Assembly: GCA_026026165.1 (NCBI GenBank)
Contig: JAPEUD010000005.1
Span: 124,001-188,000, forward strand
Direction: 5' to 3'
DNA length: 64,000 nt
Origin: Sarea resinae
Lineage: Eukaryota
Part shown: positions 62,500 through 64,000 of the stretch, piece by piece
How positions within the stretch are numbered: position 1 is the stretch's first letter
Layout: each line of letters opens with the position of its first letter
Translations under genes and position numbers: made by a program
The notes under the pieces: model-generated
What the model saw: only the letters and a program-made list of their open reading frames with translations
What the model was told of the DNA's origin: nothing
Database searches by the model: none

Positions 62500-64000
62500 G
62501 CTACTGCCTTTTGATAGGTCCTCCTTGGATTCAATAAAAGATTCCTCTCAAATCAGCATCGGGTCTCTTATCACTACTCAGATCATCAAGCTTACTTCAA
62601 TTGGCTGACATGGAACTCTCAAGTCTTCTTGGAAGACATCTTCCGGAATCGTGGTTCTCGCTCGCTGCATTGGTGATGGAATAGCGACGGTTCTGAAAAG
62701 TTCCTGTCTAGTGTTATCGGTCAAAAGCTTTGCGCGGATGATTGTTCAATTCGGTCTTGGATTTTTAATACTGTCAACTTATAGATACTACCAGAAACGC
62801 CAATTTACCTCCAAGCCAAATCGTCGATCTATGCTTAACTTCGACTCGGGCTATACAACCTGAAATGCCGAAGGACAGCTGCAGGGACTTGCGCCGCTTC
62901 AGAGGTTTTGCATGCAGCAGTGCTGTCTACCTTGCTCCTAGATAGCGGTGAAGACTCTGGTCGTTGCTGATACCAGAGCAAGTCTAAAGATTGAGAGCAG
63001 CTAAGAACAGAGGACGTCGAAGTCAAGTTCACAGGTTCGGTGACGATAACAAACGCCAAATGCATGGATTTTCAGAAGGCATCCGACTCGCTGGCGAAGG
63101 CTGTCTCTTCCCGCCACCGCAACGGGTGACGGAGAGAAGTATGCCAAATTGAAAGTCCTTGAGCAAGCGTCTTCATAACAGGGTCCACTCGTCTGAGCAT
63201 GCGGGCTAAAAATTCTGGAACAACTTGCAATGCTACGCTCAAATCATAGCGCTACTCAGGTGTCTTCTTCTCTTCGCATTTAAGGATATCAGACAGGAGA
63301 CCAATCCCAAGAGGATAACACGGAATCAATCTGCTGTTGGAAGAGGCTTTGGATACCACATCAGCCAGCAAGACAACATCCAAACGTACGCCGAGAATGT
63401 TGATAGAGGCAATTCAGAGCAGTACCAGACCAATCTTGTCTACGGTACTCTGATAAAGCATTCCACAGACCGAAGGAGAATGTGCTGGTAGCATGATCTG
63501 GTACGGCAGATAAGGAGCCACATCCCCAGGCAATGCGTTGACCCATTGCATTCGGGGACGATCCGATTACTTCCCAATCCACATTAGAACTGCAGGTCCA
63601 TTAGAACATGGTCGACGCCGTTGAGACTCAATCGAAATGATTGATATCATGCCGAGAGCCCGTATTTGGTACGGAAGCGAGCGGAAAAGGCTTCGGCGTC
63701 GAGGGAGCCATGACAGGTGCATCCCTAGTGCCTGTCTGTTGCCGGGTGGCTATTGCACAACCCATTATGAGATGCAACGGAGTAGATTCTCCACATCTAT
63801 AGCGCCTTTGGTCCCGGTGTCTAATGGAGCCTGACGCAGTAGTGCGAGCGCAGCCCGGGCTGATGCATTAGCGATGCAGATCATGCTATGTTTGCCTGCT
63901 CTTTCAGCGACCCCATCTTTGTGGCTGATCGACTTGACACTTTGGTTCCCTCCTCCGTGCATGACAGCAGCCGACTCAAGTCGCGCCCGGGCCGATCTTA

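Overview
Eukaryotic DNA from a filamentous ascomycete (Pezizomycotina-type genes, short GT-AG introns with CTRAC branch sites). The flanks are ordinary core genome: three hypothetical proteins, an F-box/LRR protein, an ASPM/Sha1-like CH+IQ protein, a TFIIIC TPR subunit (Tfc4/Sfc4), VTS1, ureidoglycolate lyase, pyroglutamyl peptidase I, a REXO1-like exonuclease, CSN1, a C2H2 factor, Ap4A phosphorylase and a Myb-like protein. The centre (about 26.7-45.5 kb) is accessory DNA heavily marked by RIP-like C>T/G>A mutation. Two intact intron-containing tRNA-Val(AAC) genes lie in an inverted duplication. They are followed by a ~12 kb island ending at a third tRNA-Val that lacks its first 9 nt (cut within the A box). 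The island appears to hold two divergent gene pairs that share a promoter repeat, including decayed genes for an Upf1/DNA2-like SF1 helicase and a PIP-box GIY-YIG nuclease. I could not recognise a transposase, recombinase or RT in it, so it is a candidate new tRNA-targeted mobile/selfish element. A second decayed block carries a truncated ADE8 pseudogene. Separately, the C2H2 gene has an in-frame TGA in a perfect CAA-TTA readthrough context upstream of its C-terminal domain. All family assignments come from motif recognition by eye; no searches were run.
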